Source: Mobula hypostoma
Lineage: Eukaryota
Length of the DNA stretch: 64,000 bases
NCBI RefSeq assembly: GCF_963921235.1
Contig: NC_086108.1
Span: forward strand, 100,442,001 to 100,506,000
Reading direction: 5' to 3'
Below, in pieces: positions 1 through 12,530 of this stretch. The notes beneath the pieces were generated by a model. That model ran no database searches, was not told where the DNA came from, and was given only the letters and a program-made list of their open reading frames with translations. Each line of letters starts with the position of its first letter. Within the stretch, counting starts at the first letter, position 1. Position numbers and translations under genes: made by a program.

Positions 1-505
1 CAATAGAAACACTATCTGCCTGCTTCTGACCAGCCTCTCTCCCTCTCTGTCTTGCTCACTGCTGCCAGAGGGTAGTGCCAGAGGCTTGGGTCTTGGGCAA
101 GGATTAATTGATGCAGTTTGTGGATTGGACTCTATAGGTTTTTCTGGTTTCTGGTTACTTCTTTTTTCATTGCTATTTTGTGCGATTTTGATCAGAGCAG
201 ATTACTCTGTGGCCTGCAGTCAACAAACACCACAGCACTAAAATGAAATGAACAGAACTAAACTGAACATTTCTATACTGTTTTAAGGACTCTACGGTTT
301 GATGTTTTATATTCTGTGAGTTTTTAGCTCACTTTTTGCTGTTTGAGTGACTTGTCCTTTTTTTGCGTATTGGGTGTTTGATGCTTTCTTTGAACAGGTC
401 CCATGGTGTTTCCTTGTTTTGTGGCTGCCTGTGGGAAGACAAATCTCAGAGTTGTATGCTGCATGCATACTTTGATAATAAATGTACTTTGAATGTTTGA
501 ATCTT
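1..505 (+). mobile_element. Degenerate LINE 3' UTR (Rex/Babar-type family)
   Basis: Ends AATCTCAGAGTTGTATG...ACTTTGATAATAAATGTACTTTGAA, the same 3' end that follows Rex-type ORF remnants at 39140-39775 and 31095-31640. Confidence 0.4.
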
Positions 506-1112
506 TAATGTTGGATTAATGGAAATGGGTAGATGTTTGACAGTCAGCACGAAGCTCCTATGTTTCCATGTGGGATCTCTCTCTGCCTTTATTGATGCTA
601 ATAATTGCTGCTTTTTGGAAGCCATGGCACTTTGGTGGCCAAGACTTCCATAGGTATTAGTTATCCTTTAGTAATTTTCCCCAAAAAAAAGGTATAATCA
701 GAGCAAACATACAAAGACATGAATTAGGAAGCCCTCATACCTTCTCCACCCTTTGACATAGGCCAGCAACACCTTATTCATAAAATTAAACAATAAGAAC
801 AGGACTTCTGGTGTATAAGCCGATCTTTATGAGAACCTGAGAATCTATAACAGGTACTGCAAAACTGTCCCTGCAATATTGGTATTGATGTTGGTTTATT
901 ATTGTCACATGCTCTGAGATACTGTGAAAAGCTGGCATTGCATACAGATCAGATCATTGCACAGTGCTTTGAGGTAAGATAAGGTAAAGACATGGTAAAA
1001 TAATAATGCAGAATAAAATGTAAAATCCTCCGTTCACTAGAAGGATAAAGACCCAAAATCACTATCTCTCATAGACCAACATCTCCAGTACTAAGGACCT
1101 ATTTACACTATA

Positions 1113-1275
1113 AACACGAGATTCTGCAGATGCTGGAAATCTTGAGCAACACACTCACGATGCTGCGAGATTTCAGTAGTTCGGTCTGCATCTATGGAAG
1201 AGAGTAAGAAGTCAAAATGTCAGGTGAGACCCTTCATCACTGGAAGAAAAGGGGGTAGAAGCTAGGATAACAAAG
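1113..1275 (-). mobile_element. PLE pseudo-LTR fragment (tail plus decayed hammerhead)
   Basis: CTGCAGATGCTGGAAAT...GCAACACACTC...GAGACCCTTCATCA matches the terminal module of the PLE at 57545-59915. Confidence 0.7.
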
Positions 1276-1289
1276 TTTCTACAGAGACC

Positions 1290-1985
1290 TTCAGGATTCG
1301 CTAAAGGTTAATTTGAAGGTTGAGTCTGTAGTGAGGAAGACAAGTGCAATGTTAGCATTCATTTTGAGAGGACTAGAATATAAAATCAAGGATGTAATGT
1401 TCAGGCTTCATAAAGCACTGGAGAGGCCTCACGGAGTATTGTGAGCAGTTTTGAGCACCCAATCTAAGAAAGGATGTGTTGATGTTGGACAGGGTTCAAA
1501 GGAGGTTCATGAGAATGATTCCAGAAATGAAAGGCTTGTCATATGATGAGCATTTGATGGCTCTGGGCCTCTATTCACTGGAATTCAGAAGAAAGAAGGG
1601 GGACTTCATTAAAACCTATTGGATATTGAAAGGCCTCAATAGAGTGGATGTGGAGAGGATGTTTCCTATGGTGGGAGTGTCTAACACCAGAGGACACTGC
1701 CTCAAAATAGAAGTGTGTCCTTTTAGAACAGAGATGAGGAGGAATTTCTTGAGCCAGAAAATGGTGAATCTGTGGAATTTGTTGCCACAAGTAACTGTGG
1801 AGGGCAAGTCATTTGATATATTTAAGGCAGAGTTTGATAGATTCTTGATTAGTCAGAGCATGAAGGATACGGGGAGAAGGCAGGATATTGGGACTGAGAG
1901 GGAAAATGGATCCGCCATGATGAAATGGTAGAGCAGACTCAATGGGCCAAATGGCCTAATTCTGCTCTGATATCTTATGTTCTAA
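1290..1985 (+). mobile_element. CR1 LINE, 5'-truncated (ORF2 C-terminus and 3' UTR)
   Basis: ORF 1476-1931 has VQRRFMRMIP, LGLYSLEFRR, TRGH, RNFLSQKMVNLWNLLP, typical of the CR1 ORF2 C-terminus. Confidence 0.9.
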
Positions 1986-2057
1986 TAAGAAAGTGGAGTG
2001 ATGGGGAGGAGTACAAGTTAGCTGGTGATAGGTGAAGCCAGGTTAGGGGAAAGATAA

Positions 2058-2885
2058 GCAAGAGAAAATATGCAAGTGCTGCAAGTCAAAATAATACACT
2101 CAAAATGCTGGAGGAACACGGCAGGCCAGGCAGCACCCATGGAAAAGAATAAACAGTCAATAGTTCGGGCCAAGATCCTGCATCAGGACTGGGAAAGGTA
2201 AGTGGGTGGGAGAAAGGTGATGTGGCAAAAACTGGGAGGGATAAGTGGAAGGGGTAAAAGGAATCTGATAGGAGAGGACAGTGGACCGTGGGAGAAAAGG
2301 AAGGAGGAAGGGAACCACAAAAAAAAGTGAGTGGCAGATCCGGGGAAAAGACAGGGTGAGGGGAAAAGCAGAATGTGGAATGGAAAAAGGAAAAAAGGAG
2401 GGAGGAAGGAGAAATCACCAGAAGTTGAAGAAATTGATGTTCATGCCATCAGATTGGAGGTTACCCAGACAGGGTATAAGGTATTACCCCTTCATCCTGC
2501 GATAGTCTCAACATGACAGCAGAGGAGACAACGGCAGACATTTCAGAATGGGAATAGCAAGGTGTGCTGAGGTGGGTAAACACTGGGAGACCCTGCCTTT
2601 TGTGGTGAACAGAGTGAAGGTGCTCAATAGTCTTCCAATCTACGTTGGAAGATGCTGCACTGGAAGCACTAGATACAATAGGTGACACTGACACCTCACC
2701 TGGAAGGACTGCTTGGGACCCTGAGTGATGGTGAGGGAGGAGTAGCACTTGTCACGCTTGTGGGGATGACTGCCAGGCGGAAGATTATTGGGGAGGGATG
2801 AGTGGGCAAGAGAGTCAGGTAGAGAGAGATCCCTACAGAAAGTGAAGGGTGCAAGGAGGTGGGTGGGGGTGGGGGAAGAGAAAGA
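2058..2885 (-). mobile_element. PLE 3' fragment (decayed GIY-YIG region, pLTR, mutated hammerhead at 2154-2191)
   Basis: Minus-strand peptide IEHLHSVHHKRQGLPVFTHL matches 58398-59558; purine-rich UTR and terminal module present. Confidence 0.85.
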
Positions 2886-3027
2886 TCTATTTAAATTGGG
2901 TCTGAGGCTTTGTCAGTTGCATTGGACACTTACCCAAACTAGATTCTCAAAAGAGACACTCCATAGTGACACACATAAAAGTTACTGGTGAACACAGCAG
3001 GCCAGGCAGCATCTCTAGGAAGAGGTG

Positions 3028-3065
3028 CAGCCGATATTTCGGACTGAGACCCTTCGTCAGGACTA
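3028..3065 (-). ncRNA. Minimal type-I hammerhead ribozyme motif in a tail-less pLTR (2969-3086)
   Basis: Minus strand TAGTC-CTGACGA-AGGGTCTCAGTCC-GAAA-TATC-GGCTG; core intact, AUC site, stem I closes with G-U pairs. Confidence 0.65.
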
Positions 3066-4069
3066 ACTGAAAGAAGAACTAATAAGTTCTGTTGTGAGAA
3101 GAGATTAACATAGCAGAGCATTCAGGGATGAATTCAAAGCTCAGACAGGGGGAGAACATTCGGGGATGTGCTTAAAGCTTCCATGGAGGCGTGCTCCTGG
3201 GAATCTCCAGTACATTGCCACTCAAAATGAAGGTGGAGAAGCTGGGATGGCATTGAGAATCTCGAGTCTATGCATTGGAACTTGCAGGAGACCTGTGAAG
3301 GTGGGAGAAACACTGCACAACTTTACAAACTACCTCCTGGACCAGCAGTAAAGAAGAAGGTAGAATATACAGTAAGCACCATTCCTAGTTTGTAAGCAGG
3401 ATGTACACAACATTTCTGGCACAGAGAAATGTGACATATGGGACTGATGCACCAGTGGGATGAGTCAAAGGCTTTGAATCAATTCAGGGCTAACTAGAAC
3501 AGTGAGCAGAAGAGCGAAGGCGTCTAGATAAATGAATTCAGGTGAACAGAATGGCCTTCTTCATCCATCAGCATCTCACGATTAAGATTCACGAGTTCAG
3601 ATTCAGAGTAGTTTATTGTCATACACACACCAGGAATTCCTTGCTTGTGTGAAGCTGACAGAGTAAACAGTGCACATTGTAATAATAATACAACAATAAA
3701 TACAGTGATGAGCACAAAAGGCAGAGGTTGATAGATTATTTATTGGTCAGGGCTTGAAGGGATATAGGGAGAAGGCAGCAGAATGGGGCTGAGAGTGAAA
3801 TGGATCAGACATGATGAAATGGCCGGGCGGACTCGATGGCCAAATGGTTCAAATTCTGCTCCTATATCTTACGGTCTGCAACAAACATTTCATGGTGCAA
3901 AGTACAATGAAATGGTGCAAATGTTGTGGTGCAATTGAAGTAGTGTCAAGAGAAATGTTAAAAGTGACAACAATGGAATAACCGAGAGAGATGGGAATGG
4001 AACAACTGAGAGAGGTTTAAGGATATGGCAGCACCACTGGGAAAGGGGACTGAAAGAGAAGATTATTTC

Positions 4070-4545
4070 AGGTTAGGATCAGAATCAGCTTTATATGACA
4101 TGAACTTTGTTGGTCTGCAGCAGGAGTACAGTACAAAAATAATACATTAATATAAATAAAGTAACTGAATAGTTCAAAATAAAGGAATAACGAGGGGGTG
4201 TTACTGGGTTCAGGGACTATTCAGAAATCTGACAGTGAAGGGGAAGAAGCTTTTTCTGAATCATTGTGTTTGGGTCTTTAGGCTCCTGTACCTGGTTCAT
4301 GATGATGAGAAGTAATGAGAAGACAACATGTCCCAGGTGGAGAGAGTCTTTAGTGATGGATGCTACCTTTTACAGCACAGTTCTTGAAGATGTTCTTGGC
4401 GGTGCAGAGGGGTGTGCGTGACATGGAGCCGGCTGTGTCTACAACCCTTAGCAGACACTTGCTGGCGTATCCATTGGAGCCTCCCTACCAGGTTGTGATG
4501 CAACCAGTCGAAATGCTCTCCACTATACATCTACAGAAACTATAA
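4070..4545 (-). mobile_element. Rex/Babar-type LINE 3' fragment, degenerate
   Basis: Reverse complement matches the YRCxVESIxTGCITxW region and the TGATTC tail of other copies. Confidence 0.7.
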
Positions 4546-6350
4546 TTCCAGGACTAATTAGATATCCTCCTTCTTCAAAGAAAGGGGCTTTCCTTCCCCC
4601 ACCATCAACGCTGCCCTCACCCCTATCTCTTCCATTTCACGCACATCTGCCCTCACTAAGCACATCCCTCCCTCCTCTCCACGTTCCGCTTCCTGCAGAG
4701 ATCGCTCGCTGCGTGACTCCCTTGACCATTCGTTCCACCCCACTGATCTCCCACCTGGTGCTTCTCCTCGCAGGCAGAAGAAGTGTCATGCACCTCTACA
4801 CCTCTTCCCTCACTACCGTTCCAGGCTGCTAACAGTCCTTCCAGGTGAGGTGACTCTTCACTTGTCTCTGTTAAGGTCATCTACTGCATCTGGTGCTCCT
4901 GATGTGGCCTCATGTATATTCGTGAAACCTGACATAGATTGGGAGACCATTTTGTGAAGCACCTACGCTCTGTCCACCAGAGAAAATGGGATCTCCCAGT
5001 AGCCACCCATTTCAATTCTACTTCCCATTCCCATTCCAACTGTCGTGATGAGGCCACACTCAGATTGGAGGAGCAACACCTTGTATTCCATCTGGGTATC
5101 TTCCAAAAATGGCATGAATATTGAATTCTCAAACTTCCACTAATTGTCCCGACCCATCATTCCCCATTCTTGTTTAAAAAGACTAAGGAGCAGGTGGTAG
5201 ACCTGAGGAGAGCTAAGGTACCGGTGACCCCTGTTTCCATCCAGGGGGTCAGGTTGGACATGGTGGAGGATTACAAATACCTGGGGGTACAAATTGACAA
5301 TGAACTGGACTGGTCAAAGAATACTGAGTCTGTCTACAAGAAGGGTCAGAGCCGTCTCTATTTCCTGAGGAAACTGAGGTCCTTTAACATCTGCCGGACG
5401 ATGCTGAGGATGTTCTATGAGTCTGTGGTGGCCAGTGCTATCATGTTTGCTGTTGTGTGCTGGGGCAGTAGGCTGAGGGTAGCAGACACCAACAGAATCA
5501 ATAAACTCATTTGTAAGGCCAGTGATGTTGTGGGGATGGAACTGGACTCTCTGACGGTGGTGTCTGAAAAGAGAATGCTGTCCAAGTTGCATGCCATCTT
5601 GAACAATGTCTCCCATCCACTACATAATGTACTGGTTGGGCACAGGAGTACATTCAGCCAGAGACTCATTCCACCGAGAAGCAACACAGAGCGTCATAGG
5701 AAGTCATTTCTGCCTGTGGCCATCAAACTTTACAACTCCTCCCTTGGACGGTCAGACATCCTGAGCCAATAGGCTGGTCCTGGACTTACTTCATAATTTA
5801 CTGGCATAATTTACATATTACTATTTAACTATTGATGGTTTTATTACTATTTATTATTTATGGTGCAACTGTAACAGAAACCAATTTCCCCCGGGATCAA
5901 GAAAGTATGACTATGACTATGACTATGATTTTCTCACCTTATCTCCTTACCTGCCCATCACCTCCCTCTGGTGCTCCTCAGCCTTCCCCTTTCTTCCGTG
6001 GCCTTCTGTACTCTCCCATCAGATTCCTCCTTCACCAGCCCTTTATCTCTTTCACCAATTGACTTCACAGCTCTTAACTCACCCCTCCTCCTCTGACATT
6101 TTGATCTAACACCTGCAACGCACATCTTGTACTTCTTCTTCCCCTTCCCCCACATTCTTGCTCTGACTTCTCATCTCTTTTTCCCAAACCTGATGAAGGG
6201 TCTTGGCCTGAAATGTCGACTGTTTATTATTATTATTAGACTATTAGATTTTACTCTTTTCCATAGATGCTGCCTGGCCTGCTGAGCTCCTCCTGCATTT
6301 AGAGTGTGTTTTGCTTTAGATTTCCAGCATCTGCTGATTTTTTCTTATCT
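4546..6350 (+). mobile_element. PLE 3' fragment interrupted by a Rex-type LINE
   Basis: ORF 4939-5124 GDHFVKHLRSV...VATHFNS...RLEEQHLVFHLG (GIY-YIG C-terminus); pLTR with hammerhead core CTGATGA...GAAATGTC at 6190-6217 (stem I broken) and tail. Confidence 0.9.
5171..5928 (+). mobile_element. Rex1/Babar-type LINE, 5'-truncated, nested in a PLE
   Basis: ORF 5170-5772 KTKEQVVDLR, YKYLGV, KKGQSRLYFLRKL, FYESVVAS; (TATGAC)n tail at 5906-5928. Confidence 0.9.
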
Positions 6351-6974
6351 ATAGGAACTTGCAAGAGTCTTTGTGACATGCTAAATATCCTCAAACTCAT
6401 AAGAAAGTAGAACCACTGACGTGCCTCCTTTGTGACCGCATCAATGTGTTAGGTCGAGGATAGGTTCTCCAAGATATTGATGCCCAGGAACTTGAAGCCT
6501 TTCCACCACTGATCTCCGACTTCCCTTTCCTTAAGTCTGCATTCAGTTCCTTGGTTTTGACGACATTGAGTGCAATGTTATCATTGCAACACCACTCAAC
6601 CACTTGACCTATGTCCCTCCCCTATACCTCTTTATCTGACACCAATGAGAAATTCCTCACGTCAGCTGGAAGACCTGAATTTGAGCAACATCATAAAATT
6701 TAATTTAAAATTGTGACATCAGTAATAACAATTGAGAAACTATTGAATTGTTAAAAATACGACCTTGCTAATTCTTTTTCTTGGGCAACTATTTAAGATC
6801 AAGCAAGGCTTACTTTCCACCCATTACTAAGGAGTGGAAGATATCTGTGCCCGACCACTTTTAATGCAGGGTGAACGTGTCATGCCAGCTAAAATATGGC
6901 ATCATCTATGGAGAGGAATAAAAAGTCAACATTTTGGGCCAGGACCCTTCATCATGACGTATTGAAATTGGAAT

Positions 6975-7620
6975 TAGAAATAGTTTACTATTGCCACATA
7001 TACCGAGGCGCAGTTAAAAGCTTGCGTGCATTGTCTTCACACAGATCAGATCATCACACAGTGTAGAACAAGCTGAAAAGACTAACAATGCAGCATAAAA
7101 TGTAACAGCTGCAGAGAAAGTGCAGTGCTGTGAACATTAATCTGCAAGGTAACAATGAGTAGATTGTGAGGTCAAGAGTTCAATTAATCATATTAGGGAA
7201 CTATTTAACGGTCTCATAACCACGTAAAAGAAGCGGTCCCTGAGCTTAGTGGTATGTGCTTTCAGGCTTTTTTATCTCCTGTCTGATGCAAGAAGGGAGA
7301 GGAGAGAATGTCTAGGGTGGATAGGGTCTTCAATTAGATTGGCTGCTTTACTCAGGTAGTGAGAAGTATAGATGGAGTCCATGGAGAGGTGGCTGATTTC
7401 TGTGATGTGCTGAGCTGTGTCCACAGTCTCTGCAGTTTCCTATATTAACCTGTTATGCATCCAGACAGATGGTGCAAAAATAAGAATTCTTTCCCTGTCA
7501 AGAAATTTGACAGGGACACGCCAAATTTCTTTAACTTCCTGAGGTAATCAAGGCATTGGTGAGATTTCTTGGCTGTGTCGTCACTGTGATTGGACCAAGA
7601 CAGGTAGAAGTTGTCCTTGA
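6975..7620 (-). mobile_element. Rex/Babar-type LINE fragment, degenerate (a further piece lies at ~6355-6640)
   Basis: Minus ORFs LSWSNHSDDTAKKSHQCLDYLRKLKKFG and WCCNDNIALNVVKTKEL. Confidence 0.7.
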
Positions 7621-8091
7621 ATGTGCTTTCAGGATGTTGTATCATGTGCTGTGACTTCAGACCCAACTAAACTGCTGGTTCATATCTGTCCTTCAATAAA
7701 ACTTATTAATCCAGTCACATGGTCAATAAATGTAAGGTTTGGCAGTGATCCCCACAGTCCATGAAGAAACTTTATCTAATTACTTTCAGCCTAGTTCAAC
7801 TGTGATTCCGTTTGAATGAATGTGCTGCCCAATGTCCTTTAACTTGACTAGTTAACCTGTGCACCAAATATTAGCTCCGTTTGTTCTCTCATCACCTTTG
7901 GTTTATAAGGATGAACAGGACACCTTGGATTAAAGCCATGAAGGCTCCTTGAGCGGGGGAAATCAGAGTACTGTTTAAAGAATAATATGCTTTAAAAAAC
8001 AACTTTTTTTAAAAAAAGGAAATGAAATAAAAAGTTATTTTTTTCAGACGTAGAACATAGAACAGTACAACTCAGTACAGCTATGCTCCTT

Positions 8092-8270
8092 CCCCTCCCC
8101 CTTTTTATTCCAGCACCTTCCCCATTCCTTTCCAATTCTGAAGAAGTGTCTCAACCCGAAATGCAACTGTCTACTTATTTCCATAGATGCTGCCTGACCT
8201 CCTGAGTTCCTCCAGCATTCTGTGTGCATTACTCTGGGTTTCCAGCATCTGCAGAAATTCTCCTGTTTAT
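8092..8270 (+). mobile_element. PLE pLTR fragment (a second copy lies at 8612-8750)
   Basis: CTGAAGAAG...CCCGAAA then ATAGATGCTGCCTGACC...TTTCCAGCATCTGCAG terminal module; hammerheads decayed. Confidence 0.75.
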
Positions 8271-8796
8271 GATTTACAGGTCTATGATGTTGTGTCAACC
8301 TTTTAACCTACTCTATGATCAATCTAACCATCGCCTCCCACATGGCCCTCCATTTTCCTATCATCCATCTGCCTAAGAGTCTCTTAAATGTCCCTTAATG
8401 TATTTGCCTCTGCCGCCACCGTTGGCAGGGTATTCCACACACCCACTACTCTCTGCCTCTGGCATTCCCTATAATTTTCTTCAATTATCTTATAATTATG
8501 GCCTTTCGTATTATTTACAAAAATAAAAAAAACATTCTGAGAAAGGGCGTTTGGGTAGAGGTCACATGATCCATGCCCAGAGAAAAGATTGCAACTGTCG
8601 GATGGAAGACGGGTCCTGAAGAAGGGTCTCGACTCAACACGTTAACTGTTTACTCTTTTCCATAGATGCTGCCTGACCTGCTGAGTTCCTCTGGCATTTT
8701 GTGTGTGTTGCTTTGGATTTCTACCATCTGCAGACTTTCTCATAATTGTTAGTTCTCATTTCCTTTGTTAAGTAGACAGGAAAGTCTGTGACCTAC

Positions 8797-9062
8797 CATA
8801 AAGGTGGGCAGAATCTGGGCCAAGATCAGAAGTCCTCCTGGACGCAAATGAACTGCCCTGTAGTACTCTAATGTCCTGATGGCTGTGTAGGAAGGCCAAC
8901 AACGGGGTTATCCCTACACCTGGTAGCATATACTGCTGTGAGGGGGACTTGAATATCAAACACTCCTGCAGCACAAATGCAAGCGGTCGAAACAAAAGAG
9001 CCATTCAATAAACGTCGAGGTGGCTGCTTTGATGATCAAGTTCCTCTCCAGCGACCGAGATC
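8797..9062 (-). other. Candidate host exon (5' UTR or first coding exon) of an unidentified gene
   Basis: Non-repeat island with minus-strand acceptor CCTGTTTCCTTTTACAG|G and donor ATG|GTAGGT; ATG at 9004 opens a frame running to the donor; no recognisable homology. Confidence 0.3.
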
Positions 9063-9714
9063 CTGTAAAAGGAAACAGGTGCTCTTAATTATAACACTCT
9101 GGAGCTGCTTTTTTTCCCCTCCAAGAAAGGAATGCCTGAGTGTGGGGGAGGGAGATTGTGGGCACATTTCACAAACCACAGCAACTCAGCATAATTATTT
9201 ATTCACACCCAGACTGGAGGAAGAGGCTGGAGTCCAAGCTCGCCCATTCTAATTCAAAGTTCAAAGTAAATTTATTAACGAAGTACATACATATCACCAT
9301 ATACTATTTTGAGATTCATTTTCTTGTGGACGTACTCAACAAATCTATAGAATAATAACCATGAAATCAATGGAAGACCGTCGGACTGGAGTGCAGAAGA
9401 CAGCAAGCTATTCAAATATAAAAAGAAGAAATAACAATAATAAATAAACAATAAATGTCAAGAACATGAGATGAAGAGCCTTTGAAAGTGAGTCCATTGG
9501 TTGAGGGAACATTTCAACAATGGGGCAAGTGAAGTTGAAGGAAGTAATTGGAGCATTGGTTGCTCTTTTGCTTATAACCCCATCCCCACTGCAATGCAAA
9601 CCGTCCCTTTAAAGGGTTTGACACACAAAACCCTGGGGGCAGCATCTGCGGAGGGAAGTGAACATTTGACATTTCAGGTTGAGACCCTTCATAGGACTGA
9701 AGCAGAGAGTGGAG

Positions 9715-10092
9715 ATCATCATCATCTCATTATGTGCTGTGTTGTATGATGTGGGTGATCAGGGTCTTTGACCATGATTGTTCTTCTCAAATTCTATCAA
9801 AGTAGTTTGCCATTTTTTTCTCCTGGGTAGTGTCTTTACAAGACAGGTGACCCCAGCCATTACCAATACTCATCAGAGATTGTCTGCCTGGTGTCAATGG
9901 TCACATAACCAGTATATGTGATATGCACCAGCTACTCATGTGATCATCCATCACCTGCTCCCATGGCTTTACGAGACCCTGATCGGAGGGCTAAACAGGT
10001 GCTACACCTTGCCCACGGGTGACCCGCAGGTTAGTGGAGGGAAGGAGCACCTTACACCTCCTTTGGTAGAGACATATCTCCACCCCACCGCC
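9715..10092 (-). mobile_element. Short non-coding retroposon with an RTE-like 3' end, inserted in a pLTR
   Basis: Minus strand ATGGCAAACTACTTTG...AGAACAATCATGG and a (GAT)n tail resemble RTE-clade ends; pLTR sequence resumes on both sides. Confidence 0.45.
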
Positions 10093-10149
10093 TAAGAAAG
10101 GGAGATAGCTAGTATAAAAATGTGGAGGGAAGGGGTGAAGCAAAAACAG

Positions 10150-10445
10150 GGGTGATCAGCACAATTGCTTTACAGCACCAGTGATCACCAGTCGGGGTTC
10201 AATTCCTGCAGCTGCCAGTAAGGAGTTTGGATTTCCTCTGGGTACTGCGGTTTCCTCCCAAATTTTAAAAATGTATGGAGAAGATTTGTGAGTTATGAGC
10301 ATGCTACGTTGGTGCAGGAAACAGGGCGACATTTGTGGGCTGCCCCCAGCACATTTGCGTTGACTTGTTTTGACGCAGATGACAAATTTCACCGTAAGTT
10401 TTGATGTTTCCATGCACATGTCACAAATAAAGCTAATCTTTATTT
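10150..10445 (+). mobile_element. V-type (HE1-like) tRNA-derived SINE, degenerate
   Basis: B box GGTTCAATTCC and V-domain TTTCCTCTGGGTACTGCGGTTTCCTCCCA. Confidence 0.7.
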
Positions 10446-10949
10446 TTATTTAAAGAACTGGCAGACGATAGGTGTGTGAAGATGGCGGGGGGGGGCAGAT
10501 GGTGAATTGGATGGTGATAAGCAGATAGGAGAGGAGAAGTGAGTGACTGCTACCAGAAGCCAGTAGATGATAGGTTAAGACAACAAAGGTCTCCAAGACC
10601 CTTTGACGCTTCCTGCTCCCTCAGTACACATAATCAAGAATCCTTCCCACCTGGACATTGTCTTTTCTCACCTCTTACACTGGACAGAAGATACCAAAGT
10701 TTAAAAACACACACCAGCAGGTCCAAGGACAGCTTCTACCCTGCTGTTATGAGATACATGAATAGACTTCTTGTATGTTACCAACAAACACTTAATCTCA
10801 CAGTCTACCTCAGCATGACCCTGTCTCATTATTGTCTACCTGCACTGCCCTTTCTCTGCAAAGGATACACTACTGTTTCCCTTTTGAACTACTGAGATGA
10901 CCTTATGTATAGAATGATCAATCTGGATGGCATACAAACAAAGGTTTTT

Positions 10950-11490
10950 AGACCATAGACCATAAGACGTAGGAGCAGAATAAGACCATTCAGCCCATTA
11001 AGCCTGCTACACCATTCAATTATGGCAGAATTATTCTGCCTCTCAACCCCATTCTCCTGTCTTCTCCTCATAACCCTTGATGCCCTGACTAATCAAGAAC
11101 CTATCAAGAACCTCTGCTTTATATAGTGACTTGGCCTCCACAGGCATCTATAGCAGTGAAATCCTCAGATTCATCACCCTCTGGCTAAAGAAATTCCTCC
11201 TCATCTCTGTTCTAAAGGGATTTCCTTCTATTCTGAGGTGGTGCCCTTTGGACTTAGAAAGTTCCAGTATTGGAAACATCCCCTACATCCACTCTACCTA
11301 GGCCTTTCAATGAGATCCTTCTTCATTCTTCCAGCAGAGAGCTATCAAACACTCCTCATAGGTTAACCCCTTCATTCTCAAGTCATTTTCGTGAACCTCC
11401 TCTGGACCCTCTCAAAAGCCAGCACACCCTCTTTTAGATAAGGAGCCCAAAACTGCTCACAATAGTCCAAATGCAGTCTGATAAATGCCT
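10950..11490 (-). mobile_element. CR1 LINE 3' fragment
   Basis: RLHLDYCEQFWAPYLK..ERVQRRFTKM and the CR1 3' UTR ending TATGGTCTATGGTC. Confidence 0.85.
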
Positions 11491-12135
11491 TCAGGCTCCT
11501 GCTCCTCCTTCCTGATGGAAGCAATGAGAAGAAGGCATGTCCTAGGTGATGGAGGTCCTTAATGATGGACACCACCTTTTTGAGGCATCGCTCCTTGAAG
11601 GTGTCCTGGATCATGGGGAGGTTATGATGGAGCTGACTGAGTTTATAACTTTCTGCAGCTTATTTTTATCCTGTGCAGTGCCCCTCCCCCATGGGAGATG
11701 GTGATGCAGCCAGTTAGAATGCACTCCATGGTACACCTGCAGAAATTTGTGAGTGTGTTTGGTGACATACCAAATCTACTCAAACTCCTAATGAAGTATA
11801 GCCGCTATCATGCTTTGTTTGTAACTGCATCGATTTGTTGGGCCCCTGATAGACAGAATAGAACCTCAGAAATGTTGACACCAAGGAACTTGAAATTGTT
11901 AACCATTTCCACTTGATGCGGTCTAATGTGTGTTCTCTCATGTGTTCCCTTTCTGAAGTCCACAATCAGTTCTTTGGTTCACCATCTGAAATTTTGCCAA
12001 CAATAGTTATGTTGTCAGCAAATTTATAGATGGCATATGATCTGGGCCTAGCCACACAGTCATGGGTGTAGGGAGAGTAGTGCAGTGGGCTAAGCACACA
12101 TCCTTGAGGTTCACCCGTGTTGGTCATCAGCGAGG
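11490..12135 (-). mobile_element. Rex/Babar-type LINE RT fragment
   Basis: SIIKDLHHLGHAFFSLLPSGRR and upstream RT-like sequence on the minus strand. Confidence 0.75.
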
Positions 12136-12362
12136 TCAAAATAATTCTTTGGAAAGGTTGGGACTGAGGGGAAGTTTAATTGTGTCTGAGGTAGAGTGAA
12201 CTGTAATATCATGTATCCTTTAGCAGAAAAGGAGATTATTAGAGAACGTAGAACGAGAGAACAGAAGGATAAAAACAGGATTGAGAGTTTTTCCTCAGTT
12301 CATGATGAGGATCTGCAAAGTTTAAAGTTCAAAAGTTTAAAACAAATTTTATTATTAAAGTA

Positions 12363-12530
12363 AACAACAGGAATTCTGTAGATGCTGGAAATTCAAGCAA
12401 CATACGTCAAAGTTGCTGGTGAATGCAGCAGGCCAAGCAGCATCTGTGGGAAGGCCTGAAACGTCGACTGCACCTCTTCCTACAGATGCTGCTTGGCCTG
12501 CTGCGTTCACCAGCAACTTTGATGTATGTT
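12363..12530. mobile_element. Miniature palindromic PLE-pLTR insertion
   Basis: Two inverted pLTR ends; direct repeat TTATTATTAAAGTA at 12349-12362 and 12529-12542; only the GAAACGTCGACTG half of the hammerhead is retained. Confidence 0.85.
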
